Source: a bacterium
GTDB taxonomy: Bacteria; Patescibacteriota; Dojkabacteria; SC72
Direction of reading: 5' to 3'
DNA: 64,000 bases
Assembly: GCA_021108295.1 (NCBI GenBank)
Contig: JAIORF010000005.1
Span: 136,531 to 200,530, forward strand
The notes beneath the pieces are model-generated. The model did no database searches. It was given only the letters and a program-made list of their open reading frames with translations, and was not told the origin of the DNA. The position numbers and the translations under genes are program-made. This document shows positions 18,942 to 28,023 of the stretch, in pieces (positions within the stretch are counted from its first letter, which is position 1; each line of letters starts with the position of its first letter).

Positions 18942-19952
18942 TTATCTTAAATATTGATTTACATTTGTATTGTGTTCATTGAGAGTTGTTGAGTAGTGTG
19001 GTGTACCATCGTCTTCGTGTATGTAGTAGTAGTAATTGTTTGGTTGTGGGTTTCTTACTGCATTTATTGCTTCTAGTCCTGGATTACATATTGGTGTTGG
19101 TACTAGTCCTAGTTGTTTGTATGTATTATATGGGTTTTGGGAGTCTTTGTCTGCTTGTGTAATGACATGTTTCCAGTCTTTGACGGGGTAGAGTAGTGTT
19201 GCATCGATTTGTAGTAACCATCCTTCGCTGTATCTCCTTTGAATTATGTCAGCAATTATTGCTCTGTCTGTACTGTTGTATCCTTCTCGTTCTACCATGG
19301 AGGCAATGATGATGTCTTCGTATGTGTCACTAGTGCCGATTTTTGTTACAAAGGAAGTTACCATTTTCGTTAGTACAGATTTTGTAGTACTTTCTATTGA
19401 GAATGCGTATTTGTCGGGGAATATGTATCCTTCTAGATTGGTTACTTCTTCACTAAATCCAAATTGGGAAATATATTCAAGGTTTGTTGTTAGTGAAAGA
19501 AATTCTGTTGTAGAGAAATCGACTGTGTCATATGTAAGGAGTTCTTTTTGTAAGATATCTGCGATTTCGTCTTTTCGAAGTCCTTCGGGAAGGGTTACCC
19601 ATATATCTTGACTGTCTGCATGTTGGAGGGATTCTATAAGTTCTATGATGTTTAGATTGAGAGGTAGGTTGTATGTACCTGCTTGAATTTTTGAGGACAG
19701 GTCGTTTAGCTTAAGGTATGTTTTGAGATATGTCTCCCAGCTTTCTTTTATTACTCCAGCGTCAATAAGTTCTTCAATAATTATGTCTACTGCTTGTCCC
19801 TCATTAATTACTATTGTTACTTTTTCACTTGAGTCACTGTTTGGGGTTTCAATTATTTGGTTGTATTTGAGTTTAATAAATATTCCACCTACTACTATTG
19901 TTATTAATGCAAAGGTGAAGATTTTTACTAGAGTTTTTAAGTTTTTAAACAT
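18942..19952 (-). CDS. mltG: Endolytic murein transglycosylase MltG (YceG-like)
   Basis: 'GTYNLPLNLNIIELIESL', 'EGYIFPDKY', 'ASMVEREG', 'LQIDATLLYP', 'NPYNTYKQLGLVPTPICNPG'. Confidence 0.85.
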   Translation of the reverse strand: MFKNLKTLVKIFTFALITIVVGGIFIKLKYNQIIETPNSDSSEKVTIVINEGQAVDIIIEELIDAGVIKESWETYLKTYLKLNDLSSKIQAGTYNLPLNLNIIELIESLQHADSQDIWVTLPEGLRKDEIADILQKELLTYDTVDFSTTEFLSLTTNLEYISQFGFSEEVTNLEGYIFPDKYAFSIESTTKSVLTKMVTSFVTKIGTSDTYEDIIIASMVEREGYNSTDRAIIADIIQRRYSEGWLLQIDATLLYPVKDWKHVITQADKDSQNPYNTYKQLGLVPTPICNPGLEAINAVRNPQPNNYYYYIHEDDGTPHYSTTLNEHNTNVNQYLR

Positions 19953-20385
19953 TTTCTTGTGGTTTTGAATTTAAGAATTCTTGTAGAAATACGGCAGCAG
20001 CTACACTGTCTATTTTCTTTCTACTCTTTTTGGTTGATTGGCTTGTGTATAGTAGCATATCTTGAGCGGTAACTGTAGAGTAGCTTTCGTCGTAGGGAAG
20101 GATTGGTAGTTTGATACCGTTCTTTAGGATTTGTTCGAATTTTTCTATTTTCTTTATTGTTCTTTGGTGTGAGATTTCAAACATTTGTGGTTTTCCTAAG
20201 AGTATTGTTTGTACTTTATTTGTTTCGCATATGTCTGAGATTTTTTCTATAATTTTGTCATATCCGTTCATTGGTGTTATGTGTAAGACTTCAAGTGGTG
20301 TGGCAACTATTCCTTTGAAGTCTGATATTGCGAGTCCTATGTGTTTTGTACCATAGTCTATGGCTAGTATTGGGTATTGTGTCAT
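19945..20385 (-). CDS. ruvX: Holliday-junction resolvase-like nuclease RuvX/YqgF
   Basis: 'ILAIDYGTKHIGLAISD......PLEVL', 'ILLGKP'. 146 aa. Confidence 0.85.
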   Translation of the reverse strand: MTQYPILAIDYGTKHIGLAISDFKGIVATPLEVLHITPMNGYDKIIEKISDICETNKVQTILLGKPQMFEISHQRTIKKIEKFEQILKNGIKLPILPYDESYSTVTAQDMLLYTSQSTKKSRKKIDSVAAAVFLQEFLNSKPQENV

Positions 20386-20386
20386 T

Positions 20387-22135
20387 TTATTGGAGTATAG
20401 CTTTAATTCTTTTAGTTCCTGCTCCTACGTTTTCTTGTTTGCTTATTTTGAATTTTCCTAATTCGTTTGTATTGCTCACGTGTGGTCCGTTACATATCTC
20501 TAATGAGAAGGGGTTTTCTTTAGGGCCGATGTAGTAGAGTTTTACTGTGTCTCCGTATTTCTCACTGAATGCAGCAAAGGGGACTAGTTCTAATGCTTTT
20601 TCCTTGGAGACTTCCTCAAACGATATTTCTAATCCTTTTTCTATTACTTCATTTACAATGTTTTCGACTTTAGTTATTTGTTCTGGTGTTAGTTTGTTAT
20701 CGTTTGGATAGTCTAGTCTTAGTCTTTCTGGTGTAATGTTGCTTCCTTTTTGGTATACCTGTTCTCCTAGTACTTGTCTGAGTGCTGCTAAGAGTAGATG
20801 AGTAGCTGTATGGTAGTGTGTGGACATTTCTGAGGAGTCTGCGAGTCCCCCTTTAAACATTCCTGAGGATGAGGTTCTGGATTTTTCTTGGTGTCTAACT
20901 TCGGCTTTGTCGAAGTCCTCAGGGCTTGTTAATTTAAGTTTTCTCTCTTTTAGAATTTCTTTTGTTAATTCAATTGGAAATCCATATGTTTCGTAAAGGG
21001 TAAATGCGTCTTCTCCAGTAAGTTGAGATTTTTTCTTTAACATTTTTTCTAGAATTTTCAATCCTTTTTTAATGGTATTGTTGAAAGCCTTTTCTTCTTT
21101 TTCAATTATATTAAGAATATATTCTTTTTGATCTTCAAGTTGTGGGTATATTACTTTAAATTGATCAATTGCAATTGTAGCTATTTCTCTTGTGAATATG
21201 TCACCAATGTTTAACTTCTTCCCATGTCTTACTGCTCTTCGGATGAGTCTTCTTAGGATATACCCTTGTTGAGATTTAGAAGGTATCACGCCATCCATTA
21301 CAATCCATGTGGCTGCTTTGATGTGGTCTACTATGATTCTTTGTGATTCGAGGATATCATTATTTGAAATTTCTTTTACTTTTTCCAGTATTGGTTTGTA
21401 TATATCTGTTTGGAAAATACTGTCTACTTCTTGTATGACTGTGGTTAGTCTGTCCAATCCACCTCCAAAGTCTACATTGTGTATTCCTAGGGGTTTATAT
21501 TTACCATCTTCAAGAAGATATTCCATGAATACGTTGTTTCCAATTTCTACAAGTTCCCCATTATCCAATTTGTAAAAGATTTCACTATCTGGTCCACATG
21601 GTCCTCCTGTAGGTAATCCCCACCAATTCTCTTCCCGATTTAGTGGTTCTATTCTTTCTCCTTTACCAACCTTTGCATCGATGTCGTAGGATTTAAATAT
21701 TTCCTCCCAAGCTCCTATTGATTCATTGTCTTGTGGTATTCCCTTTTCTCCTTCAAAAACGGTTGCATATATTTTATTGATATCCAGGCCTAATTCTTCT
21801 ACGAAGAATTTTACTGTTAGAGTGATAGCTTCTTTTTTAAAGTAATCATTTAAAGACCAATTACCTAGCATTTCGAATGTAGTACAGTGGAAGTTGTCTC
21901 CTACTTCATCTATATCTCCTGTTCTAAGACATCTTTGAGAGTTGACGAGTCTTGGACCTTTCGGATGAGTTGTTCCTGTAAGGAATGGAACTAAAGGGAG
22001 CATCCCAGCATTTACGAAGAGTACTGAAGGGTCGTCTTCTGGTACGAGAGGTGAGCTGGGGATTTCTTTATGGTTGTTGTCTTTAAAAAACTGTATATAT
22101 TTATCCCGGATTTCTTTGTAAGTCAGGTGTTTCAT
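20387..22135 (-). CDS. alaS: Alanine--tRNA ligase, short form (582 aa) lacking the C-Ala domain
   Basis: 'FFKDNNHKEIPSSPLVP.DDPSVLFVNAGM', 'TSQRCLRTGDID.VG', editing domain 'HYHTATHLLLAALRQVLG' ... 'CNGPHV'. Confidence 0.85.
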   Translation of the reverse strand: MKHLTYKEIRDKYIQFFKDNNHKEIPSSPLVPEDDPSVLFVNAGMLPLVPFLTGTTHPKGPRLVNSQRCLRTGDIDEVGDNFHCTTFEMLGNWSLNDYFKKEAITLTVKFFVEELGLDINKIYATVFEGEKGIPQDNESIGAWEEIFKSYDIDAKVGKGERIEPLNREENWWGLPTGGPCGPDSEIFYKLDNGELVEIGNNVFMEYLLEDGKYKPLGIHNVDFGGGLDRLTTVIQEVDSIFQTDIYKPILEKVKEISNNDILESQRIIVDHIKAATWIVMDGVIPSKSQQGYILRRLIRRAVRHGKKLNIGDIFTREIATIAIDQFKVIYPQLEDQKEYILNIIEKEEKAFNNTIKKGLKILEKMLKKKSQLTGEDAFTLYETYGFPIELTKEILKERKLKLTSPEDFDKAEVRHQEKSRTSSSGMFKGGLADSSEMSTHYHTATHLLLAALRQVLGEQVYQKGSNITPERLRLDYPNDNKLTPEQITKVENIVNEVIEKGLEISFEEVSKEKALELVPFAAFSEKYGDTVKLYYIGPKENPFSLEICNGPHVSNTNELGKFKISKQENVGAGTKRIKAILQ

Positions 22136-22156
22136 ATTGGAGATTATATCAGAAAT

Positions 22157-24019
22157 CTAGAGAATTGGTTCTGGTGGTGTGTTGTTATCGGGGCTTGGAG
22201 TTTTTTCTTCCCCTATTTTCTCGTAGAGGATTTTGAGATCGTCTTCTGTATTTCCAGTTTTTGGTTGTGGTTGTAAGGTTCTTTGTGGGGTAGTAGTTGC
22301 TTCTGGTGGTATTGTGGTTTGTAATTTGGAGAATGTGTGTTCATTGTCAATTATTTGATTTTTGTTAACAATACTCTCTACAGTATTTGTATGTGTAGGT
22401 GGTGTGAGTGTATCATCTATCTCAGAGGTGCTCTCATCGTCTTTCCATACTCGTACTAAAATTAATGGGATGGCTAATGCTAGGAAGAGTAGTAGTAGCC
22501 CTCCTCCTACAACGTATACTATTGATTTTGTTATACCGTATCCGAAGAAGTAAAATTTGTCTGGGTCTGTTTCTTCTCCTTCAATTGTGAAAGTCCAATT
22601 TTTATTGGCTTCTAAGTTTTCACTATCAGTGAAGGAAATCTCTACTTTATGTAATCCTGTGCTGAATTCGTTTTCTGTTTGGAATATTAGGGTGTATTCA
22701 GAATCTGAGATTTTATTAAATTTGATTTGTGATGTTACATCTTTGTTGTCTACTTTAATTAGGATGCTGTCTTCATTAATTGTAGTATCTTGGCTTGAGA
22801 GTAGTGATGCTCTGATTGTGACTAGGGTGTTTGTAATATTGTCTTCACTGGTTGGTGAGACGTTTATTATTTGTGGTTCTGGGAGTGTTACACTATCGTC
22901 TGGTATGTCAAATTCTTCACCTACAATGTTTATTGTTTGTGAGATTCCTTGTCCTGTAAGTACTGGGTCTTGGTTGTCTGTTGCTTTTATTATTGCTTTG
23001 TAAATACCTCCCGATATGTTCTTGGTATCAATTGAATATTCTTCAATGTTGTATGCGATATTTTTATCTATGCTTTGCCACTTACTTTCGTCTTGTAAGC
23101 TTTTTGCTAAATAGAGTTCGTAGTGTGTGATTGCATTTTGGTCGGATGCTGCCCATTTTATTGTGAGGGTTTTCCCTTGTGCTATGGTTAGTGCTTCCCA
23201 TGGTGAAAGTATGGTGACTTGTGGGACATCATTTTCTGCAGGATTTACACTTACTATCCATGATTGTGATCTGAGGTGCTTGCTGTATCCGTCATGTATG
23301 AAGACATTCGCTAGGTAACTTGCAGGTTCAGAGGTACTTCCTTTGAATTGTATCTTGAGGTTTCCATTGCTTCCATCGTTGATAACTGTGTATTTCATCC
23401 AATCTTCGTTTGGAGTGAATGAGAAAACGTAATTGATCATGTCTCCTTCTGGGTCTGTAGCAGTCATGGTGTATTCGTATGTTGTATCTGTATTTATGTC
23501 TTGTGAGGGAATTGAGTCGATGGGGGAGGATGTAAATTCTGGTGCACTGTTGTTTGCTACCACCCTTATTCCTTTTACATCGTATGGGCTGCTTATGACA
23601 CATGCACTGCTGTAATCTCCTTCTGAGAGTGTACCAATCATTTCATATGCTCTGGATGTAGTTGGTGTGAATTCAAATGTTTCTGCTATTTCATTTTCTT
23701 CCTCGTCGTATGTTTTAGAAAAGATTTCTTCACCTGTGGAGTCTGTAATGAGGATGGAGGTGATTCCATTTCCCTGTGCAATTCCTTCTACCTGCATCCT
23801 TACGGTTGTGTCTACTTCTATTGTGTATGGATTTACGTTTGGGAAGGATATGACACACGGGTTTTCTTCACTTACCTCTATTTGCTCAAAGGCCAGATTT
23901 CTAATATCAAAGTTTTCATTAACAATTTGCCATACAATCATAGGTAGGCAGAGTACTAAGAAGAGTGAAAGAATGAGGAAGTTTTTTTTGGCAGGTTGTG
24001 GGGCGTAGTTTTTATTCAT
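22157..24019 (-). CDS. Large hypothetical surface protein (signal peptide, beta-rich ectodomain, C-proximal TM, ~110-aa Pro/Thr-rich cytoplasmic tail)
   Basis: Hydrophobic N-terminus 'FLILSLFLVLCLPMIVW'. TM '[23 protein letters not shown]'. No sortase motif. Confidence 0.45.
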   Translation of the reverse strand: MNKNYAPQPAKKNFLILSLFLVLCLPMIVWQIVNENFDIRNLAFEQIEVSEENPCVISFPNVNPYTIEVDTTVRMQVEGIAQGNGITSILITDSTGEEIFSKTYDEEENEIAETFEFTPTTSRAYEMIGTLSEGDYSSACVISSPYDVKGIRVVANNSAPEFTSSPIDSIPSQDINTDTTYEYTMTATDPEGDMINYVFSFTPNEDWMKYTVINDGSNGNLKIQFKGSTSEPASYLANVFIHDGYSKHLRSQSWIVSVNPAENDVPQVTILSPWEALTIAQGKTLTIKWAASDQNAITHYELYLAKSLQDESKWQSIDKNIAYNIEEYSIDTKNISGGIYKAIIKATDNQDPVLTGQGISQTINIVGEEFDIPDDSVTLPEPQIINVSPTSEDNITNTLVTIRASLLSSQDTTINEDSILIKVDNKDVTSQIKFNKISDSEYTLIFQTENEFSTGLHKVEISFTDSENLEANKNWTFTIEGEETDPDKFYFFGYGITKSIVYVVGGGLLLLFLALAIPLILVRVWKDDESTSEIDDTLTPPTHTNTVESIVNKNQIIDNEHTFSKLQTTIPPEATTTPQRTLQPQPKTGNTEDDLKILYEKIGEEKTPSPDNNTPPEPIL

Positions 24020-24034
24020 ATCTATATATTAATG

Positions 24035-25381
24035 TTACTCATTAGTTTGTGCAAGTTGATCGTTAATATCAATTTGCGCATTTTTCATAGCACTTTGGAT
24101 ATCCTTACCATCTTCTACAATTTCTGTAATTGCGTTGTTTAAAGTTTTCTCTACAAACATCTGGTCTCCCATCCCCCAAGACTTCATATGTGGAGCCATT
24201 ATTGTGTATGCTTTGAGGTATGGATTATTCGCTAAGGAATCGTTGAGGGTTACTAATGAGTAAGGTTCACCAAAAGCTCTAATTTGTGAAGATGCCGAAA
24301 AGACATCCTGTTGATTATCAATTAAGAAGCTTATGAATTCCCATGCAGCATCTGGATTAGTACAGGTTTTGGTTACACTATCTCCCCAGTACATAGAGTA
24401 GTAAACTTGGTTGTTGTTTTCAAGCTGTGGTAGTGGCGCAATCCCAAATTCAATACTTGGTGCTGATTGGATGATATCAAATGCTCTCCAACTCGGAGCG
24501 AACATCATTGCCAAATTACCAGCGTAAAACATTTCGAGATCATTTCTTAACTCAGAGCTCCATACGGGATCTTCTCCTAATGTGAAATTGGTATAGATAT
24601 ATGTTGCGGAGAGAACACTATCACTAACTAGATTGGTAGAGGTGTAGGTTTCGTCTATGATATCTGCTCCATTAAGTAGCATTAAGTAGGAGAGAATGTC
24701 TGCAGAGTGAGTGATATTTCGAGATGTACCAATGGCAAGTCCTGATTGTGAAATTTGTCCTGCACTGTTCTTAGTAGTCAGTTTCTTCGCTAATTCTACA
24801 AAAGAATCCCAATCTGTTGGTGGTTCTGCAACTCCTGCTTGAGAGAGTAGTTGCTTATTGTAAAATATTGCTAACCCATCTATTTCCCAAGGCATTGCGT
24901 ATATATTCCCATCCTTTGCAGTGAAATCTGATGTTGCAGTAGGGTAGAATTTCTCAGAATATGTTGTACTATCCATGATGGAAGTAGGTAGTGGTGAGAG
25001 ATATTTGTAGTATTTTGGTGTCCAGCTATTATAAATTCGTACAATATCCGGAGCAGGTTCCGAGGAGGTAGATGCTTGTTGAAGTCTTGTGTAAAGTCTA
25101 CTCTCATAGTTTGTAAAAGATTGTTGAGAGTAAACGATCCTTACTTCAGGATGCAATGCTTCATACTTTTCAATGATTGGTTGCATGACGCTCTCTGGTT
25201 CCCACAGTCCCCAGTAGGAAAGTTCAGTACTTACTTGTATATCTGTATCGGTGTTTGTAGAATTACTTTCTTGATCTCCTAAAATTACTACGATGATTAG
25301 AGTTATTATTAAAAATACTAAAACTATTCCTAGTATTGTGATTAGTTTTTTCTGCTTCTGATTCATATTTACATTGTACAC
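24035..25381 (-). CDS. ABC transporter extracellular solute-binding protein (family 1, sugar-type), membrane-anchored
   Basis: N-terminal TM anchor, then 'WGLWEPE...PDI..IYNSWTPKY', 'NIYAMPWEIDGLAIFYNKQLL..AGV', 'DPD.AWEFISFL'. No permease or ATPase genes adjacent. Confidence 0.65.
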   Translation of the reverse strand: MYNVNMNQKQKKLITILGIVLVFLIITLIIVVILGDQESNSTNTDTDIQVSTELSYWGLWEPESVMQPIIEKYEALHPEVRIVYSQQSFTNYESRLYTRLQQASTSSEPAPDIVRIYNSWTPKYYKYLSPLPTSIMDSTTYSEKFYPTATSDFTAKDGNIYAMPWEIDGLAIFYNKQLLSQAGVAEPPTDWDSFVELAKKLTTKNSAGQISQSGLAIGTSRNITHSADILSYLMLLNGADIIDETYTSTNLVSDSVLSATYIYTNFTLGEDPVWSSELRNDLEMFYAGNLAMMFAPSWRAFDIIQSAPSIEFGIAPLPQLENNNQVYYSMYWGDSVTKTCTNPDAAWEFISFLIDNQQDVFSASSQIRAFGEPYSLVTLNDSLANNPYLKAYTIMAPHMKSWGMGDQMFVEKTLNNAITEIVEDGKDIQSAMKNAQIDINDQLAQTNE

Positions 25382-25384
25382 AAA

Positions 25385-26179
25385 CTAATATCTTTCTGCC
25401 ACTACTACGAGTCTTTTTGTTCCGATTCCAAGAGGCCAGCAGGTCATCAGTGTTACTGTCTCTTTACTCCCTTGATTGTCTAGTATGGAGAAATCATCTG
25501 ATTCGACAATCTTTTTCTTCCTTACAATGTAGTGTAGAAGATTGTCATCCTTCTTAATATATACATCATTTCCAATATCAATATCCTCGAGTCTAGTGAA
25601 GATTGTTTCTGCTAGGTTTTGATGTCTAGTGAAGAAACTTTCTACAGAGCTATGTCCATAGATGAATGAGTTTCCTCCATCTCCCGGAAGAGGTGTTCCT
25701 TTGAAATGTGCTACCCCTCTTTTAAGATATTGATCGTAAACCCTTTCTTCAGTACTTTCTACATTCGGCGTTATGATAATATCCTCTATCCCAACACTCT
25801 TAATCGATATGTACATATCTTTAGAATATTCGCTGTCAATTTGGATTTCTTTTTGTGAATCGGTAGTTGGATCGTAGGTATATATCCCCTTAAATGTTAG
25901 ACCTTCTATTCCATCCTCCAAATTCGCAAAGTAATTCTTGCTTGGATCGTAGTAAGCAAATTCTTCCTCAATATATGCTTTGTATGAATCAGGAACGGGA
26001 TTTTTCATCAGTTTTACTCTAGTTTGTTCAATTACTCCATCTATATAGGATTTAGTTAACGGGATCGCTTGGGAAAGGATTATTAAAATGCCGATGAGTG
26101 ATAGAGATACTGAGATAGCTATCTTAGTCTTTTTGACCTTCGTTGTTTGTTCTTCTGGTATATTCCATTCATTTTGCAT
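25385..26179 (-). CDS. Sortase family transpeptidase
   Basis: N-terminal TM, His 'SFIYGHSS', Cys 'TLMTCWP', Arg 'TKRLVVVA'. Confidence 0.75.
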   Translation of the reverse strand: MQNEWNIPEEQTTKVKKTKIAISVSLSLIGILIILSQAIPLTKSYIDGVIEQTRVKLMKNPVPDSYKAYIEEEFAYYDPSKNYFANLEDGIEGLTFKGIYTYDPTTDSQKEIQIDSEYSKDMYISIKSVGIEDIIITPNVESTEERVYDQYLKRGVAHFKGTPLPGDGGNSFIYGHSSVESFFTRHQNLAETIFTRLEDIDIGNDVYIKKDDNLLHYIVRKKKIVESDDFSILDNQGSKETVTLMTCWPLGIGTKRLVVVAERY

Positions 26180-26188
26180 AGTTGTATT

Positions 26189-26689
26189 CTAGCATATGAG
26201 TGACGGGCCTGGCATACTAGTACCTATAGTTTTACCCTCATGTGTCCATAACCATCTGTAGTTTACAGAATGGGTTACCAATCCCGCTTTTGTAGGGTTT
26301 TCTCTGAGATATTCTTTTATTCTATTTATATCTATTCGTGTTGGAAGTAATTTGTATTGATACCTATCCTGACATAACCGTCCAACTAGTTTGTATTTTC
26401 GATTGAAGTAAAGGCTGTAAGCAGTCATGGAGCGATGAAAAAACCTTGTAAGATCCTTTGGGTTAGTACCTAGTCGCAAAAGCAGGTGATAATGGTTTGG
26501 CATAAGGCAGTATCCATAAATATCGACACTTGTGGCTTCTTCATAATAGTAGATTAGGTTTAAAAACCTTAAAAAGTCTTCTTCGTCAAGGTAAATCTTT
26601 TGTTTCCTATTCCCTCTATTGTAAGCATGGTAGTAATGATTTGGAAAAAACAACCTTTGAGTACGCTCCCTTTTTATTTCTTCAGTCAT
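26189..26689 (-). CDS. HUH-Y1 transposase, IS200/IS605 TnpA-like or REP-associated tyrosine transposase (RAYT)
   Basis: 'GYCLMPNHYHLLLR' is the HuH motif, and the downstream 'YQYK' carries the catalytic Tyr region. 166 aa. The last ~8 codons are encoded by the left inverted repeat. Confidence 0.7.
   Translation of the reverse strand: MTEEIKRERTQRLFFPNHYYHAYNRGNRKQKIYLDEEDFLRFLNLIYYYEEATSVDIYGYCLMPNHYHLLLRLGTNPKDLTRFFHRSMTAYSLYFNRKYKLVGRLCQDRYQYKLLPTRIDINRIKEYLRENPTKAGLVTHSVNYRWLWTHEGKTIGTSMPGPSLIC
26205..26229. repeat. Left 25-bp inverted repeat of the transposase unit
   Basis: Read directly from the sequence. Contains the internal palindrome 'tactagta'. Confidence 0.85.
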
Positions 26690-26736
26690 AATATCTATTT
26701 TACCTGATAGTTATGAACTTCCGATGAACGAATCTC

Positions 26737-26761
26737 ACTATAGGTACTAGTATGCCAGGCC
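26737..26761. repeat. Right 25-bp inverted repeat of the transposase unit
   Basis: Exact reverse complement of 26205-26229. Confidence 0.85.
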
Positions 26762-26806
26762 TGTTTCTTGGCAATGCTCCTACCTTTCTGCTAAAATGAT
26801 TTCCAT

Positions 26807-27892
26807 ATGGAAAAACGAGATTACTACAAAATACTTGGTGTTGATAAAGGGTCTACACAAGCTGAGATTAAAAAAGCATATAGAAAACTTGTTAAGAAGT
26901 ATCATCCTGATGTAAACAAGGATGATGGTGCTGAGGATAAGTTTAAGGAGGTACAAGAATCATATGAGATTCTTTCAGATGAATCAAAGAGGAAGGCATA
27001 TGACCAATATGGCCATGCTGGAACTGCTGGTTTTGGTGGAAGTAGCGGACATAGTGGCTTTAATGGATATTCTCAGGGTACACCATTTGATATGGGAGAC
27101 ATTTTTAATACTTTTTTTGGTGGAGAAGGAGGTTTTGGGTTTGGTAATACTCAACAGCAGGCAAGGGTAAGAGGTTCAGATATTAAATACAGAATGAGGC
27201 TTAAGTTTGAGGAGTCGATAAAGGGGGGAGCGTTTGAGCTTAGGGTTGAAAGAGATATCCCTTGTTCATATTGTGATGGTACTGGTAGTGAGACTAAGAA
27301 GACCAAGGTGTGTAATACATGTGGTGGTAGTGGAAGGGTGCAGAAAGTACAGAGAACAATACTTGGTTCCATTGCAATCAATGGCATGTGTGATACTTGT
27401 AATGGGAGTGGTAAAATTCCTGAGAAGAATTGTTCTGAGTGTGGTGGAATGGGTATTAAGGTTGAGAGAGAGAACGAGAAGATTAAAATCCCTGCAGGTA
27501 CATACGATGGTATGGTACTTAGATTTAGAGGTGGTGGTAATGCAGGACCTAAAGGTACCCCTTCAGGAGACCTATACATTGAAATTGAAGTAGAACCATC
27601 AAAAGAATTTGAGAGAAGAGGGAATGATATTTATACAATGGAGGATGTTGTAATCCATGTAGCAGTACTGGGTGGAGATATTAAAGTAAAGACACCATAT
27701 GGTAAAGTTACACTTAAAATCCCTAAGGGTACAGAAGCTGGATCTATATTCAGAATTCGTGAGAAGGGTATGCCTATACTTGCCAAGGAGGGTATGAAGG
27801 GAGATCTTTATGTAAGGGTTGATTTAGAGATACCAAAGAGGTTATCTAGGAAGGAAAAGAAGTTGTGGGAAGAACTAGGTGAGATATCTTAG
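26807..27892 (+). CDS. dnaJ: Chaperone DnaJ (J domain, G/F region, four CxxCxGxG zinc-finger repeats, C-terminal domain)
   Basis: '[31 protein letters not shown]', 'CSYCDGTGS', 'CNTCGGSGR', 'CDTCNGSGK', 'CSECGGMGI'. Confidence 0.9.
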   Translation: MEKRDYYKILGVDKGSTQAEIKKAYRKLVKKYHPDVNKDDGAEDKFKEVQESYEILSDESKRKAYDQYGHAGTAGFGGSSGHSGFNGYSQGTPFDMGDIFNTFFGGEGGFGFGNTQQQARVRGSDIKYRMRLKFEESIKGGAFELRVERDIPCSYCDGTGSETKKTKVCNTCGGSGRVQKVQRTILGSIAINGMCDTCNGSGKIPEKNCSECGGMGIKVERENEKIKIPAGTYDGMVLRFRGGGNAGPKGTPSGDLYIEIEVEPSKEFERRGNDIYTMEDVVIHVAVLGGDIKVKTPYGKVTLKIPKGTEAGSIFRIREKGMPILAKEGMKGDLYVRVDLEIPKRLSRKEKKLWEELGEIS

Positions 27893-27948
27893 TTATTTGA
27901 TTTGAATATCGTATTCTGCTATACTTCCCTTGAAAGTTATGAGGAAAG

Positions 27949-27979
27949 AGGTGAGGAATGAAAGTCTCACCTTTTTTTT
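27949..27979 (+). terminator. Rho-independent terminator after dnaJ
   Basis: Stem 'aggtgag' / 'ctcacct' around a 10-nt loop, followed by a T7 run. Confidence 0.55.
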
Positions 27980-28023
27980 ATAAAACTTTTCTTAGAATTT
28001 TAAGTTTTGATAATAATATTAAC

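Larger units (their letters stand above)
26205..26761. mobile_element. Minimal transposable unit: a single HUH transposase bounded by perfect 25-bp inverted repeats (REPtron-like)
   Basis: 26205-26229 'ggcctggcatactagtacctatagt' is the exact reverse complement of 26737-26761 'actataggtactagtatgccaggcc'. Confidence 0.6.

Noticed and set aside
27958-28023. Upstream start for nusA given in the ORF track
   Set aside because: The dnaJ intrinsic terminator hairpin and T-run (27949-27979) lie inside this extension. The ATG at 28024 gives a canonical NusA N-terminus.
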